64,000 nt of DNA. It comes from Candidatus Enterosoma merdigallinarum (lineage in GTDB: Bacteria > Bacillota_I > Bacilli_A > RFN20 > CAG-288). The stretch spans positions 20,730-84,729 of the forward strand of contig DVNL01000008.1 in assembly GCA_018714385.1 (NCBI GenBank). The letters are read 5' to 3'. Numbering within the stretch: the first letter of the stretch is position 1; the number at the start of each line of letters is the position of its first letter. Below the pieces are notes generated by a model that saw nothing but the letters and a program-made list of their open reading frames with translations, searched no databases and had not been told where the DNA came from. This document shows, in pieces, positions 1-11,083 of the stretch. The translations under genes and the position numbers were made by a program.

Positions 1-674
<674 letters not shown>

Positions 675-697
<23 letters not shown>

Positions 698-1970
698 AGC
701 GATAGACGACGTTGCCGTCGACGAACGACATGACGACCCGACCTTGGACTTCCTTGCCTTGATAGGGCGTGTTGCGCCCCTTGGATAGGAAGTCTGCCTT
801 TTCGATCCGATAATGCTCTTCCGGGTCGAAGAGGAAGAAGGAACTTTCTTGTCCCGGGGAGAGGCTTCCGACATTTCGGAGCCCGAAGCGCTCGGCCGGC
901 TTTTTGGCCATCCGCTCGATCAGCTCCGGAAGGGTCAGCGCCTTTTTGCCCAGAACGAGATCGGTATAGAGGACGGGAAGGGAAGTTTCCAGTGAGACAA
1001 TCCCGAAGGGGGCCTCCTTCCAGCCTTTTTTCTTCTCGTCCTCGGTGTGCGGCGCATGATCGGATGCGATGAAGTCTATTGTGCCATCCTTCAAGGCTTG
1101 AACGAGGGCGTCTCTGTCCTCTTTTCTTTTCAATGGCGGAGACATCTTGAAGTTCGTATCGATGACATCATCCTGCGTCAATGTCAGATGGTGGCATGTC
1201 GCCTCGCCTGTGACATCCACGCCTTCCCTCTTGCCTTTTGCGATGGCTTCGATTGTCTGTTTCGCCGAGACGTGGCAGATGTGGATGTGCCCGCCGTAAC
1301 GCTTTGCCATCTCGATATAGAAGGCGGCCTGGGTGCTTTCGGCCTCGTTTGTCATGCCGCCGTGGAAACCCAGCTTCTCTGCCTTCTCCCCCTCAAAAAG
1401 GATGCGCTCCTTTCTTTCCAGGGATTTGTCCTCGCAGTGGAGGCTGATGATCGCTCCCGTCTCCTCAGAGAAGGAAAAAGCCTTTTTCAAGAGCTTTTCG
1501 TCCTCTGTGCTCTCTCCGCCATCGTCGCTGAATCGATGGAAGCCGAGGCCATAGAGGGCCTTCATGTCGACAAGCGTCTTTCCTTTCTGGTTCTCCGTCA
1601 GGCTGGCATAGGGATGGCAGTGGACGTTTTCTCTTTCGCGGAGCCTTTCAAGATAGTATTTCCCTGTCTCGACGTCATCGGGACAAGGATCGACGTTGGG
1701 CATCGGGAAGATATGGAGGAAGCCGCCTTTTGCGGCAGCCAGGGTCCCTGTCTCGATCGTCTCCTTCCGGGTCAGGCCGGGATCGCGGAGATGGACGTGG
1801 ACATCGACCAGAGAAGGGAGAAGAAGCAGGCCTCTTCCGTCGATTCGGGGTACGTCCTTCTCGTCGAAGCTATCCGCGATGGCGAGGATCGCCTTCTCGG
1901 AAAAAAAGACTTCCCCTCTGCGGACAGTGGATCCGGTGAGGAGAAGTACGTTTTCCAATATCTTTTTCAT
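675..1970 (-). CDS. pyrC: dihydroorotase
   Basis: 431-aa ORF with a metal-binding DVHVHLRDPG motif and amidohydrolase-fold motifs. It sits between pyrB and carA. Confidence 0.9.
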
Positions 1971-2893
1971 CAGAACCTCCAGGGAAGGGAAGAGATGTCT
2001 TCCGGGAAACGGGAAAAGCCCAAGGCCTTCTTGATGGCCGCCTTGCGGACGAAGACGCCGTTGTGCATCTGTCGGAAGATGACGGATCTGGGACTTTCGA
2101 CGAGATCCGAGTCGATCTCGATGCCGCGGTTGACCGGGGCGGGATGCATGATGATGGCGTTCTCCTTCATTTTTTCGTAGCGCTTCTTGGTCAGACCGAA
2201 ACGCTCATGATATTCCTCGTCCGAAAGGGACATGGGGATCGTCAGACGCTCCCTTTGGATGCGAAGGAGCATGACGACGTCGCTGACTTCGATGGCCTTG
2301 TCCAGGTCGACGAAGGGAAAACCTTCCCGCTCGAATTCCGCAGGGCCGGAGAAGAAGACATCTGCGCCGAACATCCTAAGGGCATCGAAGTCGCTCTTGG
2401 CGACGCGGGAGTGGAGGATGTCCCCGACGATGCAGACTTTCAATCCGGAGAGATGGCCGAAGTGCTCCAGCATCGTGTAGAGGTCAAGAAGGCACTGGGT
2501 CGGGTGGTCGCCTTTTCCGTCGCCGGCGTTGATGACGGGGATGGAAAGCGAGTCGAGCTTTTCATAGTAGGCGTCCTCCGGCGAGCGGATGACTAGGAGG
2601 GAATAGCCGATGGACTCCAGGGTCTTGCAGGTGTCGTAGAGGCTTTCGCCTTTCATGACGCTGGATGCCGAGGCCTCGATGTCCGCCCTTTTCAATCCGA
2701 GCGTGGCTTCGGCATAGGCGAAAGAATAATGGGTCCGGGTCGAGTTCTCAAAAAAAAGATTGGCGACAGGTCCTCTTTGTGAACCGATTTGCCAATCCGT
2801 GTATTTCTTTTGGAAGAGAAAAGCCTCTTGAAGGAGATGAATCGTCCCCTCCTTTCCGAGCGCGGTCATGGTCAGAAGGCTGTTTGGATTCAT
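1970..2893 (-). CDS. pyrB: aspartate carbamoyltransferase catalytic subunit
   Basis: 307-aa ORF with the STRTHYSF carbamoyl-phosphate binding motif and HPTQ / ATCase-OTCase family signatures. Its stop overlaps the pyrC start. Confidence 0.9.
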   Translation of the reverse strand: MNPNSLLTMTALGKEGTIHLLQEAFLFQKKYTDWQIGSQRGPVANLFFENSTRTHYSFAYAEATLGLKRADIEASASSVMKGESLYDTCKTLESIGYSLLVIRSPEDAYYEKLDSLSIPVINAGDGKGDHPTQCLLDLYTMLEHFGHLSGLKVCIVGDILHSRVAKSDFDALRMFGADVFFSGPAEFEREGFPFVDLDKAIEVSDVVMLLRIQRERLTIPMSLSDEEYHERFGLTKKRYEKMKENAIIMHPAPVNRGIEIDSDLVESPRSVIFRQMHNGVFVRKAAIKKALGFSRFPEDISSLPWRF

Positions 2894-3017
2894 GTCTACC
2901 TCCTAGACATTTCACAAAATCATATCATTATTTCGACTGGAGGGCAAAGAAAAAATGAACTTTTTCCGGTGGACGGCCAAAGACACCTTCCGAAGCGGGA
3001 AATGCTAGAATAAAGGC

Positions 3018-4355
3018 ATGGATTTTTGCATGGAAATCCCGGAGGGGGCAAGGACGATAATCGATGTCCTTGCCCGTCGCGGAAAAGAAGCCTATCTCGT
3101 CGGCGGTTGCGTGAGGGACGCCCTTTTGGGACGTCGACCGAGCGATTACGATATCGCCACCTCCGCCACGCCCCAGGAAGTCCTTTCCTGTTTTCCGAGA
3201 ACCATCGCCACAGGCCTGAAACACGGCACGGTGACTGTTTTGATGGGAAAGGAAAGCTATGAAGTGACGACCTTCCGCATCGATGGAGAGTATGCGGACA
3301 ACAGGCACCCGCTTTCCGTCACCTTCACACCATCGTTGGCCGAGGATTTGCGAAGAAGGGATTTCACCATAAACGCGATGGCGTATTCCCCCAAAGAGGG
3401 TTTGGTCGATCTTTTTGGGGGAAGGCAGGATCTCAAAGGAAGGGAAATCCGTGCCGTCGGCTTGGCAAGGCAACGCTTCCAAGAGGACGCCTTGCGGATC
3501 TTGCGGGCGATCCGATTTTCCGCCCAGCTGGGTTTCGAACTGGAGGGAAAGACGGAAGAGGCCTGTGCCTTAGAGGCGTTTCGGCTCGAAAATGTCTCCT
3601 CGGAACGCATCCGCGACGAATTGATGAAGATCCTTCTTTCCGATCATCCCGAAAAACTCGAAGAAGCCTATCGCCTGGGATTGACAAGATATTTTCTTCC
3701 CGAGTTCGATTCGATGATGGCGACGACCCAAGAGACACCATACCATCGTCTCGATGTCGGACACCACACTTTGGAGGCGATAGGGCACGCTCCGAAGGAT
3801 AAGATCATTCGTCTGACGATGCTTTTCCACGATGCCGGAAAACCATCGACGAAGACATTCGACGAGAAGGGGATCGCCCATTTCTATGGCCATGCGTTTG
3901 AAAGCGCGAAGATCGCCGGGAAGGCCCTGCGCCGTCTCAAGTTTCCCAATGCCGTGGTCCAGGAAGTCTTTTTTCTCGTCCTTCACCACGGGGATGTCGT
4001 CGTGCCGACTGAAAAGGCCGTCCGGAGGGCGATCGCAAAGATCGGAAAAGAACGTTTCCCGGCTTTCTTGACGATCCAGGAGGCGGACATTCTCTCCCAG
4101 AGCGACATGGCAAGAGTGGATCATCTGGCACGTCTTTCTGCCGTCGAGAAGTTGTGGGAGGCGGAAAAGGACAAAGCGGAATGCTTCGGCCTGAAGGATT
4201 TGGCCGTGGATGGAAACGATTTGATTGCTTGTGGTGTTGAAAAGGGCCCTGAAATAGGAAAAATATTGAATAATATGTTGAAATATGTCATTGACAATCC
4301 CGACAAAAATAAAAAAGGCTACCTTTTGAACCATCTCTCGTCATTTTCTCGATGA
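3018..4355 (+). CDS. cca: CCA-adding tRNA nucleotidyltransferase with C-terminal HD domain
   Basis: GGCVRDALLG...DYDIAT polymerase-beta nucleotidyltransferase head, RRDFTINAMAY motif, and a C-terminal HD (H..HD) domain. Confidence 0.85.
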   Translation: MDFCMEIPEGARTIIDVLARRGKEAYLVGGCVRDALLGRRPSDYDIATSATPQEVLSCFPRTIATGLKHGTVTVLMGKESYEVTTFRIDGEYADNRHPLSVTFTPSLAEDLRRRDFTINAMAYSPKEGLVDLFGGRQDLKGREIRAVGLARQRFQEDALRILRAIRFSAQLGFELEGKTEEACALEAFRLENVSSERIRDELMKILLSDHPEKLEEAYRLGLTRYFLPEFDSMMATTQETPYHRLDVGHHTLEAIGHAPKDKIIRLTMLFHDAGKPSTKTFDEKGIAHFYGHAFESAKIAGKALRRLKFPNAVVQEVFFLVLHHGDVVVPTEKAVRRAIAKIGKERFPAFLTIQEADILSQSDMARVDHLARLSAVEKLWEAEKDKAECFGLKDLAVDGNDLIACGVEKGPEIGKILNNMLKYVIDNPDKNKKGYLLNHLSSFSR

Positions 4356-4453
4356 TTCTTTTTTCGATTTTGTTTTTCCCGGATTTTCTTTTGGAAGCGA
4401 AAAACAGGAAGTCTGTTGCATCGATGGGATGTTGTGATATTTTAAGAAAGAAA

Positions 4454-5164
4454 ATGATCAAAATCGCCATTGTGGAGGACGAAGAGAGCCATCGTCTCCT
4501 TCTTCAGCGCTATGTGGAACGTTTTGCCTCGGAAGCATCCATCGAGGTCCAAACGACGCTTTTCAAGGACGGATTGAGCTTTCTGGCGGAATATGACACG
4601 GGATTTCAAATCGTCTTCATGGATATCGCCATGCCCGGCATGGACGGCCTGGAAACGGCCAAGAGGCTCCGCTCCAGGGATTCCGATGCCATTCTCGTTT
4701 TCGTCACCAGCCTGGCGAATTACGCCTTGAAGGGATACGAGGTCGATGCCATGGACTTTCTGGTCAAGCCCATCGACTATTTCCCCTTCTATCATCGGAT
4801 GGAAAGGGCAGTCCGGCTTTGCGCCAAGAAGCAGAAGATCTCTCTTTTTCTTCCGACTTCCGACGGCAAAGTGCGCGTGCAGCTGGAGGATGTCCGTTTT
4901 GTCGAAAGCCAGCTTCACTATCTCATATATCATGTCGGCAAGGAGAGCTATCGAATCCGGGGCTCCCTGAAAGATCTTCCCGACAGTCTCGGAAAACTGC
5001 CTTTCGTCCGGTCCTCCAATTCTTTTCTGGTGAACCTCTCCTATGTCGACAGGGTGCAGGGGGAAAGCCTGACCCTGCAAGGCGGGGAGGTCCTCCCCAT
5101 CTCCCGGTCTCGGAAGAAGGAGTTCCTGGAAGCCTTGGCCGTCTTCTACGGTGACAGGAAATGA
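4454..5164 (+). CDS. LytTR-family response regulator (AgrA/ComE-like)
   Basis: Receiver domain (KIAIVEDEE...FMDIAMPGMDG...LVKP) followed by a C-terminal LytTR DNA-binding domain. The start was chosen at the internal Met preceding the receiver domain. Confidence 0.85.
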   Translation: MIKIAIVEDEESHRLLLQRYVERFASEASIEVQTTLFKDGLSFLAEYDTGFQIVFMDIAMPGMDGLETAKRLRSRDSDAILVFVTSLANYALKGYEVDAMDFLVKPIDYFPFYHRMERAVRLCAKKQKISLFLPTSDGKVRVQLEDVRFVESQLHYLIYHVGKESYRIRGSLKDLPDSLGKLPFVRSSNSFLVNLSYVDRVQGESLTLQGGEVLPISRSRKKEFLEALAVFYGDRK

Positions 5165-6483
5165 TCGGCTTTTTCGTGCAGCTCATCGTGCCTCTGGCAT
5201 TGATGTTCTATCGCTTTCCACGCAAGAAGGCTTTTTGGCTTTGGTTGCTTCCGCAGCTTGCCGTCGAACTGACCATCAGCATCTTTTTCAGAACGCCCGA
5301 TGCTCTCACGTTCTTCCCCGAGCCGGTCAGCGTCTTTCTCTACTATCTTCTCTGTTATCTTTTTTCCTTCCTTTTGGTCCTTCTTCCGTTCAAGCTGAAT
5401 GTCTTCCGGACGCTGTTCTTTTGGACGGGAGCCATGGTCGTCCAGAATTTCGGACACCATTTCTACGGGCTTATCATGCGCCTTGCCGGCATCCCGCTTG
5501 CCAACCAGTATGACGACGTCACCTATCTTCTCGTCCTTACGGCCGTCTATATCGTTCTCTATGCCCTCTTCTACCTTTTGATCCTCCGCAAGCTTCGCGT
5601 CGAGGACCTGCAGCGCATCCCGAGAGTCTCCACCCTTCTCCTTTCGATGTCCTTCCTGACCATCATGATCGTCTTGGGAATCTATATTCGCCATTTCAAC
5701 AGCGACATTCTCGAGAACGGTTCGGTCGCCATGGTCTACGAGCTCTATTCCTCCATCCTCGCCGGCATGATTCTCTTCATCCAGTTCGGCATCTTCCGAA
5801 ATGCGAGGCTCGAGGAGGGGAACCGGGAACTTCAGATGCGGCTTGAGGCCGAGACACGCTACTACAGTATGGCGAGAGAGAACATGGAGCGCATCAACAT
5901 GCTCTCCCATGACCTGAAGCATCGTCTGATGGAACTTCAGAGCTCGGACAGTACTCGCAAGCAGGGAGAGCTGAAGGATTTGGAAAAGCAGGTGGACATC
6001 TACGACGCCATGGTCGAGAGCGGAAACGAGGCCCTGGACTATCTTTTGACGGAAAAGATGCGCCAGTGCCGGGAAAGGAACATCGATTTCTCTCTCCTGG
6101 TAGACGGAGCGGCCTTTTCCTTCATCGGGACGGGGGACCTCTGTTCCCTTTTCGGAAACGCCCTGGACAATGCCATCGAGGAGCAGGAGAGGGTGGAGGA
6201 AGGGAAAAGGCGTATTTTCCTTCGCGCCGTGAAGAACCGCGGGATGAGCCACATCCATGTGGAGAACGCCTGCCATGCCAGACCGGTCTTTGAAAACGGC
6301 TTTCCCAAGTCCACAAAGGCCGGAAAAGGCCACGGATATGGGACCAAGAGCATGCTTTTCCTCACGGAGAAATACGGCGGCAATCTGACGATGGTTTATC
6401 GAAACGGCCAGTTCATGGTCGACATTTTCATTCCTCTCCCTGCCGAAAATGCCAAAAACGACACCGAATCTGCCACGAAATAG
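5161..6483 (+). CDS. membrane sensor histidine kinase, AgrC/HPK10-like (GHKL ATPase)
   Basis: Six to seven N-terminal TM helices, then SHDLKH (H-box) and GNALDNAIE...GHGYGTKSM HATPase motifs. The gene is translationally coupled to the upstream RR (ATGA overlap). Confidence 0.85.
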   Translation: MIGFFVQLIVPLALMFYRFPRKKAFWLWLLPQLAVELTISIFFRTPDALTFFPEPVSVFLYYLLCYLFSFLLVLLPFKLNVFRTLFFWTGAMVVQNFGHHFYGLIMRLAGIPLANQYDDVTYLLVLTAVYIVLYALFYLLILRKLRVEDLQRIPRVSTLLLSMSFLTIMIVLGIYIRHFNSDILENGSVAMVYELYSSILAGMILFIQFGIFRNARLEEGNRELQMRLEAETRYYSMARENMERINMLSHDLKHRLMELQSSDSTRKQGELKDLEKQVDIYDAMVESGNEALDYLLTEKMRQCRERNIDFSLLVDGAAFSFIGTGDLCSLFGNALDNAIEEQERVEEGKRRIFLRAVKNRGMSHIHVENACHARPVFENGFPKSTKAGKGHGYGTKSMLFLTEKYGGNLTMVYRNGQFMVDIFIPLPAENAKNDTESATK

Positions 6484-6555
6484 CGAAAAGTGGCTCTACG
6501 ATGCAAATAATGCCAAAAAGGAGAAAGGGCTTTCAGAAGGACCTATAATGGTGGC

Positions 6556-7380
6556 ATGAAGAACGAGAAAAAGTTTCTTGCATTGGCCCTATCGATTCTT
6601 GCCCTGACGTCCTCTTGCGATGCTTTCGCCACGTCCAACGGGAACGAGTATGCCCCCGAAAGACAGCAGGCGAAGGAAAACATCCTCAACGGAAAGACGC
6701 TCTACTTCTTGGGAAGCTCCGTCACCTTGGGGATGCGAAGCAAGGAGTGCGCGATCCCGGACTATCTCTCTGCCATCGACGGCATGAACTGCGTGAAGGA
6801 TGCCGTGAGCGGAACGACGCTCATTTCCGAGGAAGAAGGGGATTCCTATTATGCCAGGCTGGTCCATTCCGATAGGTTCGACAAGAACGCGAGAATCGAC
6901 GCCTTCGTTCTTCAGCTTTCCACCAACGACGCACAGCATGACAGGATCGAGAAGTGGGGAACCATCACGGCGGATGATGTCTTCTCTCCCGATGCCTTCG
7001 ACATCCATACGACCTATGGTGCCATCGAGAGCATCCTGGCCTATGTCGAAAAGACATGGGATTGTCCGATCTACATCTATACCAACGCCTATTTCGGGGA
7101 TGAGGGGCTCCGCTCCATCGGGAACACCAAAGGATCCGATTATGCCAAGCTTGTCGATGGGGCCAAAGAGATCGTCGCCAAATACGACGGGAAAGAAGGC
7201 TACGAGGTCCGTCTGGTCGACCTCTTCAACGATGAGGCCTTCAATGACATCTCCGACGACGACTATCGCTTCTACATGGCGGATGCCATCCATCCCTATC
7301 GGACAGGCTACCTCTATTGGTGGACGCCCTATTTCGAAAAAGTCCTCTTGGAGGACTTCGCCGAGGAAGAGAAGGTTTAA
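6556..7380 (+). CDS. probable lipoprotein, SGNH/GDSL-like hydrolase
   Basis: Signal peptide with a lipobox-like LTSSC. GSSVT (GDS-like block I) and DAIHP (block V D-x-x-H) are both present. Confidence 0.65.
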   Translation: MKNEKKFLALALSILALTSSCDAFATSNGNEYAPERQQAKENILNGKTLYFLGSSVTLGMRSKECAIPDYLSAIDGMNCVKDAVSGTTLISEEEGDSYYARLVHSDRFDKNARIDAFVLQLSTNDAQHDRIEKWGTITADDVFSPDAFDIHTTYGAIESILAYVEKTWDCPIYIYTNAYFGDEGLRSIGNTKGSDYAKLVDGAKEIVAKYDGKEGYEVRLVDLFNDEAFNDISDDDYRFYMADAIHPYRTGYLYWWTPYFEKVLLEDFAEEEKV

Positions 7381-7491
7381 GAGCTGCGAAGCTTTTAAAT
7401 AGCAACAACGGAAAAGGCCTTCACCGGTAAGTCTTTTCTGATTGCCAATTAGGTAATTCATCGGAAAGTTGACCGATGAGAAAGGACAAAC

Positions 7492-10400
7492 ATGATCAAA
7501 GACATTCTCAAGAATCAGAAGATCTGGCGTCCTGTCGCTTCCGTCTGCCTGCTTGTCAACATCTTGGCGATAGCGGGAAATGCGGTCACGCAGGAATGGT
7601 CCGGCTACATCAACAAGTTCCTCAACATCCAAGGAACGGCCATCGTCGATGACGACAATGCCGACAAGGACACCACCTACTTCAAGAGCGACTTCTCCTC
7701 CTATACCGACGTCCGCGACAACGCCAGAAACATCGCCCAACAAGTCCAGGACGAGGGCACGGTCTTGATGACCAACAAGGAGAACGCCTTGCCTCTTGCC
7801 AAGAAGAGCAAGGTGACCTTCTTCTCCTATTCCACCGTCGACATCGCCTATGGCGGAACGGGTTCGGGCGGCGTCACTGCCAGCGAGGAGAGGGAAATCG
7901 ATCTTCCCAAGGCCTGCGCTGCCGACGGCCGTCTGGAAATGAACCAGCAGATGTACAACTTCTACAAAGGGAAGCTCGATGAAGGCTATCAGGCGTCCAA
8001 TGGTCAGATCACCAGAAAGTCCGGCGGCGGCTGGGGGCCTAGCGCCACCCCCGTTTCCTTCCAGGTGCCCGAGATCAACGCCAGCGAATTCACCAATGAC
8101 CTCAAGGAAAGTTTCAACGACTATTCCGATGCCGCCATCTTCGTCCTGACCCGCATCGGCGGCGAGGGAAACGATCTCATCACCACCAGCGCGACTCCGG
8201 ATGCCGACAAGTACCTGGCCTTGACCGAGGACGAGAAATCCGTCCTCCAGGCGATGAAAGAGGGCCCCTTCAAGAAGAGGATCGTCCTCGTCAACACCTT
8301 CAACACGCCGGAACTCGGCTGGCTTGACGAATACGATATCGATGCCTGCCTCTACATCGGCGGACCGGGCGAATGCGGCCTGGATTCGGTCGTCGACATC
8401 CTCGTCGGCAACGTCAATCCCTCCGGAAAGCTTGCCGACACCTACGCCTATGACACCTTCTCCTCGCCGGCCATGCAGAACTATGGCGACTTCACTTTCG
8501 CCAATGCCGACAGCATCGCCAATGCCGACTCGCAGAAGTACTTGATGTACAACGAAGGCATCTATGTCGGCTACCGCTATTACGAGACCCGTTACGAAGA
8601 CAGCGTCCTCGGACGCGGAAACGCCTCCTCGACAACAGGGACCTTCGCCTCCGATAGCGGATGGGACTATGCCGAGGAAGTCCAGTTCCCCTTCGGTCAC
8701 GGACTCTCCTACACGACCTTCGAAGAGAGCATCACCGGATTCGAGGTCGATGCGAAGAACAAGAGCGCGACGATGACCGTCAGCGTCACCAACATGGGCG
8801 ACGTCGCCGGCAAGCATACCGTCGAACTCTACGGACAGGCGCCCTACAAGGCAGGAGGCATCGAGAAGGCCGCCGTCCAGCTCATCGGATTCGGCAAGAC
8901 CGAAAGCCTTGCCCCCGACCAGTCGGGCACCGTCGAACTGGAGATCGACCTGAGCGATCTTGCCAGCTACGACTACAAGGGAGCCAAGACGTACGTCATG
9001 GAGGACGGGACTTACTACTTCGCCCTTGGCGAAAGCGCTCACGATGCCTTGAACAACATCCTCGACATGAAGGGCAAGACCGTCAGCGACGGCATGGATG
9101 CGGAAGGCGATTCCTCTCTCGTTCGGGAATGGAACAAGTCCGGCGACGAGGCCGACTACTCCCTCTCCGCTACGCTCAACGAGATCACCAACCAGTTCGA
9201 GACGGCCGACATCAACTACTATGGCGAGGGCAAGGACATCGTCACCTACCTGAGCCGCAACGATTGGCAGGGAACCTGGCCCAAGAACATGGCCGGCTAC
9301 ACCGCCCCGGCTAAGATGATCGCCGACATGGATGCTCTCTACAGCCCGACGAACAATCCCAGCGCCTATCAGCCTAGCGACAAGGACACCTCCTCCATCA
9401 CCACGGGATCGACCGCGACGCAGTACAACATCGCCATGATGCGCGGACGCGACTATGACGACGAGAACTGGGATGTCCTTCTCGATCAGATATCCATCCA
9501 GGAGATGGCCGATTTCAACAAACAGGGCAGAAGCGCCATCAAGTCCATCGGCCTTCCCGAGACGACTGCCGTCGACGGACCTGCCGCCTGGACGAAATCC
9601 CACTACAAGGAAAAGTACGATGACTACAGCGAGAATGCCAAGGTCACCGAAGAGGCGATGGTCCTCTATCCGACGGAGACTGTCATCGCCGGGACATGGA
9701 ACGTCGATCTGACCCACAAGCTTGGCGTCAGCTTTGGAGAAGAAGGCCTCTGGGGTGGCGGAGTCGGCTGGTATGGCCCTGCCGCCAACATTCACCGCAC
9801 GCCTTATTCCGGACGTAACTTCGAATACTATTCCGAAGATGGCTTCATCTCCGGAAAGCTTGCCGAAGCCGAGACGAAGGGCGCCATGGAAAAGGGCGTC
9901 ATCCCTTACCTGAAGCACTTCTTCCTCAACGATCAGGAAACCAACCGTATCGGTGTCTGCACCTTCTCAAACGAGCAGGCCATCCGTGAAGTCTACCTCC
10001 GCGCCTTCCAGGATGCCTTCGAGACGACAGGAGAAGACGACAAGGCCTGCACCGGCGTCATGGGCGCCTTCAACCGCCTTGGCGTCACCTGGACCGGCCA
10101 CTACTCCAACCTTTGGAAGAACGTCATGGCCAAGGAGTGGGGCTTCACCGGCAATGTCACGACCGACTTCGGGCAGAAACCGCAGTCTTTGATGGATCCT
10201 CTTCTCGCCTACGATGCCGGAACCACGATGTTCTGCACTTCCGGAAGCTCCTTCTCCGAAATCGTCGCGCCGAGGGCTTCCACCGATCTGAAATTGCTGA
10301 CCAACATGCGTGAAGCCACACATCGCATCCTCTACAACTTCTCCAACTCCCTCGCCATGAACGGCCTTTCTTCCACCTCCCGCATCGTCGACATCACCAC

Positions 10401-10518
10401 GTGGTATGAAGCGGCCTTGATCGCCCTCATCGCCGTCAGCGCCGTCGGCATGGTCGGTTCCATCGGTCTCATCGGCTACTCGACTATCGATTCCCTCAGA
10501 AAGAAGGAGGAAAACTAA
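7492..10518 (+). CDS. membrane-anchored glycoside hydrolase family 3-like protein (catalytic barrel near the C-terminus; N- and C-terminal TM segments)
   Basis: 1008 aa. It has an N-terminal signal anchor. KHFFLNDQETNR and GNVTTDFG, the GH3 substrate-binding and nucleophile-region motifs, lie at about residues 800-890. There is an Fn3-like stretch, VSVTNMGDVAGKHTVELY. The C-terminus is a hydrophobic anchor, LIALIAVSAVGMVGSIGLIGY. It is a paralogue of 43507-46674. Confidence 0.8.
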   Translation: MIKDILKNQKIWRPVASVCLLVNILAIAGNAVTQEWSGYINKFLNIQGTAIVDDDNADKDTTYFKSDFSSYTDVRDNARNIAQQVQDEGTVLMTNKENALPLAKKSKVTFFSYSTVDIAYGGTGSGGVTASEEREIDLPKACAADGRLEMNQQMYNFYKGKLDEGYQASNGQITRKSGGGWGPSATPVSFQVPEINASEFTNDLKESFNDYSDAAIFVLTRIGGEGNDLITTSATPDADKYLALTEDEKSVLQAMKEGPFKKRIVLVNTFNTPELGWLDEYDIDACLYIGGPGECGLDSVVDILVGNVNPSGKLADTYAYDTFSSPAMQNYGDFTFANADSIANADSQKYLMYNEGIYVGYRYYETRYEDSVLGRGNASSTTGTFASDSGWDYAEEVQFPFGHGLSYTTFEESITGFEVDAKNKSATMTVSVTNMGDVAGKHTVELYGQAPYKAGGIEKAAVQLIGFGKTESLAPDQSGTVELEIDLSDLASYDYKGAKTYVMEDGTYYFALGESAHDALNNILDMKGKTVSDGMDAEGDSSLVREWNKSGDEADYSLSATLNEITNQFETADINYYGEGKDIVTYLSRNDWQGTWPKNMAGYTAPAKMIADMDALYSPTNNPSAYQPSDKDTSSITTGSTATQYNIAMMRGRDYDDENWDVLLDQISIQEMADFNKQGRSAIKSIGLPETTAVDGPAAWTKSHYKEKYDDYSENAKVTEEAMVLYPTETVIAGTWNVDLTHKLGVSFGEEGLWGGGVGWYGPAANIHRTPYSGRNFEYYSEDGFISGKLAEAETKGAMEKGVIPYLKHFFLNDQETNRIGVCTFSNEQAIREVYLRAFQDAFETTGEDDKACTGVMGAFNRLGVTWTGHYSNLWKNVMAKEWGFTGNVTTDFGQKPQSLMDPLLAYDAGTTMFCTSGSSFSEIVAPRASTDLKLLTNMREATHRILYNFSNSLAMNGLSSTSRIVDITTWYEAALIALIAVSAVGMVGSIGLIGYSTIDSLRKKEEN

Positions 10519-10519
10519 G

Positions 10520-10954
10520 ATGGCTTTCATCAAGAAATTCCTGTCCACCAAGGCCAGCGGATTCTACTTCGCCCTTGCCAGTCTTCTCTTCGGCCTTCTT
10601 GCCCTCATCGTCTACACGGCCAGAGGAGGAAACAGCTATTCGCCCGTCTCTACCGCCGCCGTCGTCATACTCGTCTTTGCCGTCCTGACGAATGTCGTCG
10701 TCCTGATCAAGGACTTCGGCCTTCTTGCCTATGTCCCCTACATTCTCTATGTCGTCACACTCGGCGTCTGGCTCAACTCCGAGATGCTCTATCTCTCCAA
10801 TGTCATGACCGCCATCGACAACAACGCCCTCGATCCGGCCTGGATCTGCATGGTCGTCTTCCTCGTCCTTGCCATCGCCGCCGGCTTTGCCGCCACGATC
10901 ATGAAGATCTCCAAGCCCAAGAACAAAGTCGAGACAGTCGTCGAGGAAAAGTAG
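10520..10954 (+). CDS. small polytopic membrane protein (paralogue of 46675-47184)
   Basis: 144 aa with four hydrophobic segments. It starts 2 nt after the GH3 stop. A similar gene follows the second GH3 paralogue. Confidence 0.6.
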   Translation: MAFIKKFLSTKASGFYFALASLLFGLLALIVYTARGGNSYSPVSTAAVVILVFAVLTNVVVLIKDFGLLAYVPYILYVVTLGVWLNSEMLYLSNVMTAIDNNALDPAWICMVVFLVLAIAAGFAATIMKISKPKNKVETVVEEK

Positions 10955-11083
10955 TCCTGACGATGATCGCACCCCTGTCCGCCTCGGGCAGGGGTGTTTT
11001 TTGTCCGGAAGGCTTTGCCTTGCGCGCAGGAATACTATAAAATGGCAATAGTTTCCGGGACGTTTTCTTGCGAGGGCTCTTTT

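Noticed and set aside
2894-3017. Possible PyrR-binding anti-antiterminator in the pyrB leader
   Set aside because: Only a weak resemblance (CCUCCAGUCG) to the PyrR box and no convincing terminator/antiterminator pair. pyrR is not in the window, so this is not reportable.
5146-6333. 395-aa minus-strand ORF
   Set aside because: It is antisense to the histidine kinase gene.
6543-6558. TATAAT only 8 nt before the SGNH lipoprotein ATG (possible leaderless transcript)
   Set aside because: It is a single hexamer without a -35 element, so it cannot be distinguished from chance without TSS data.
6589-9918. 1109-aa minus-strand ORF
   Set aside because: It is entirely antisense to the GH3-like gene, which has clear family motifs. 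The product is low-complexity and G/D/E/R/V-rich, typical of shadow ORFs in GC-rich coding sequence, and it has no RBS.
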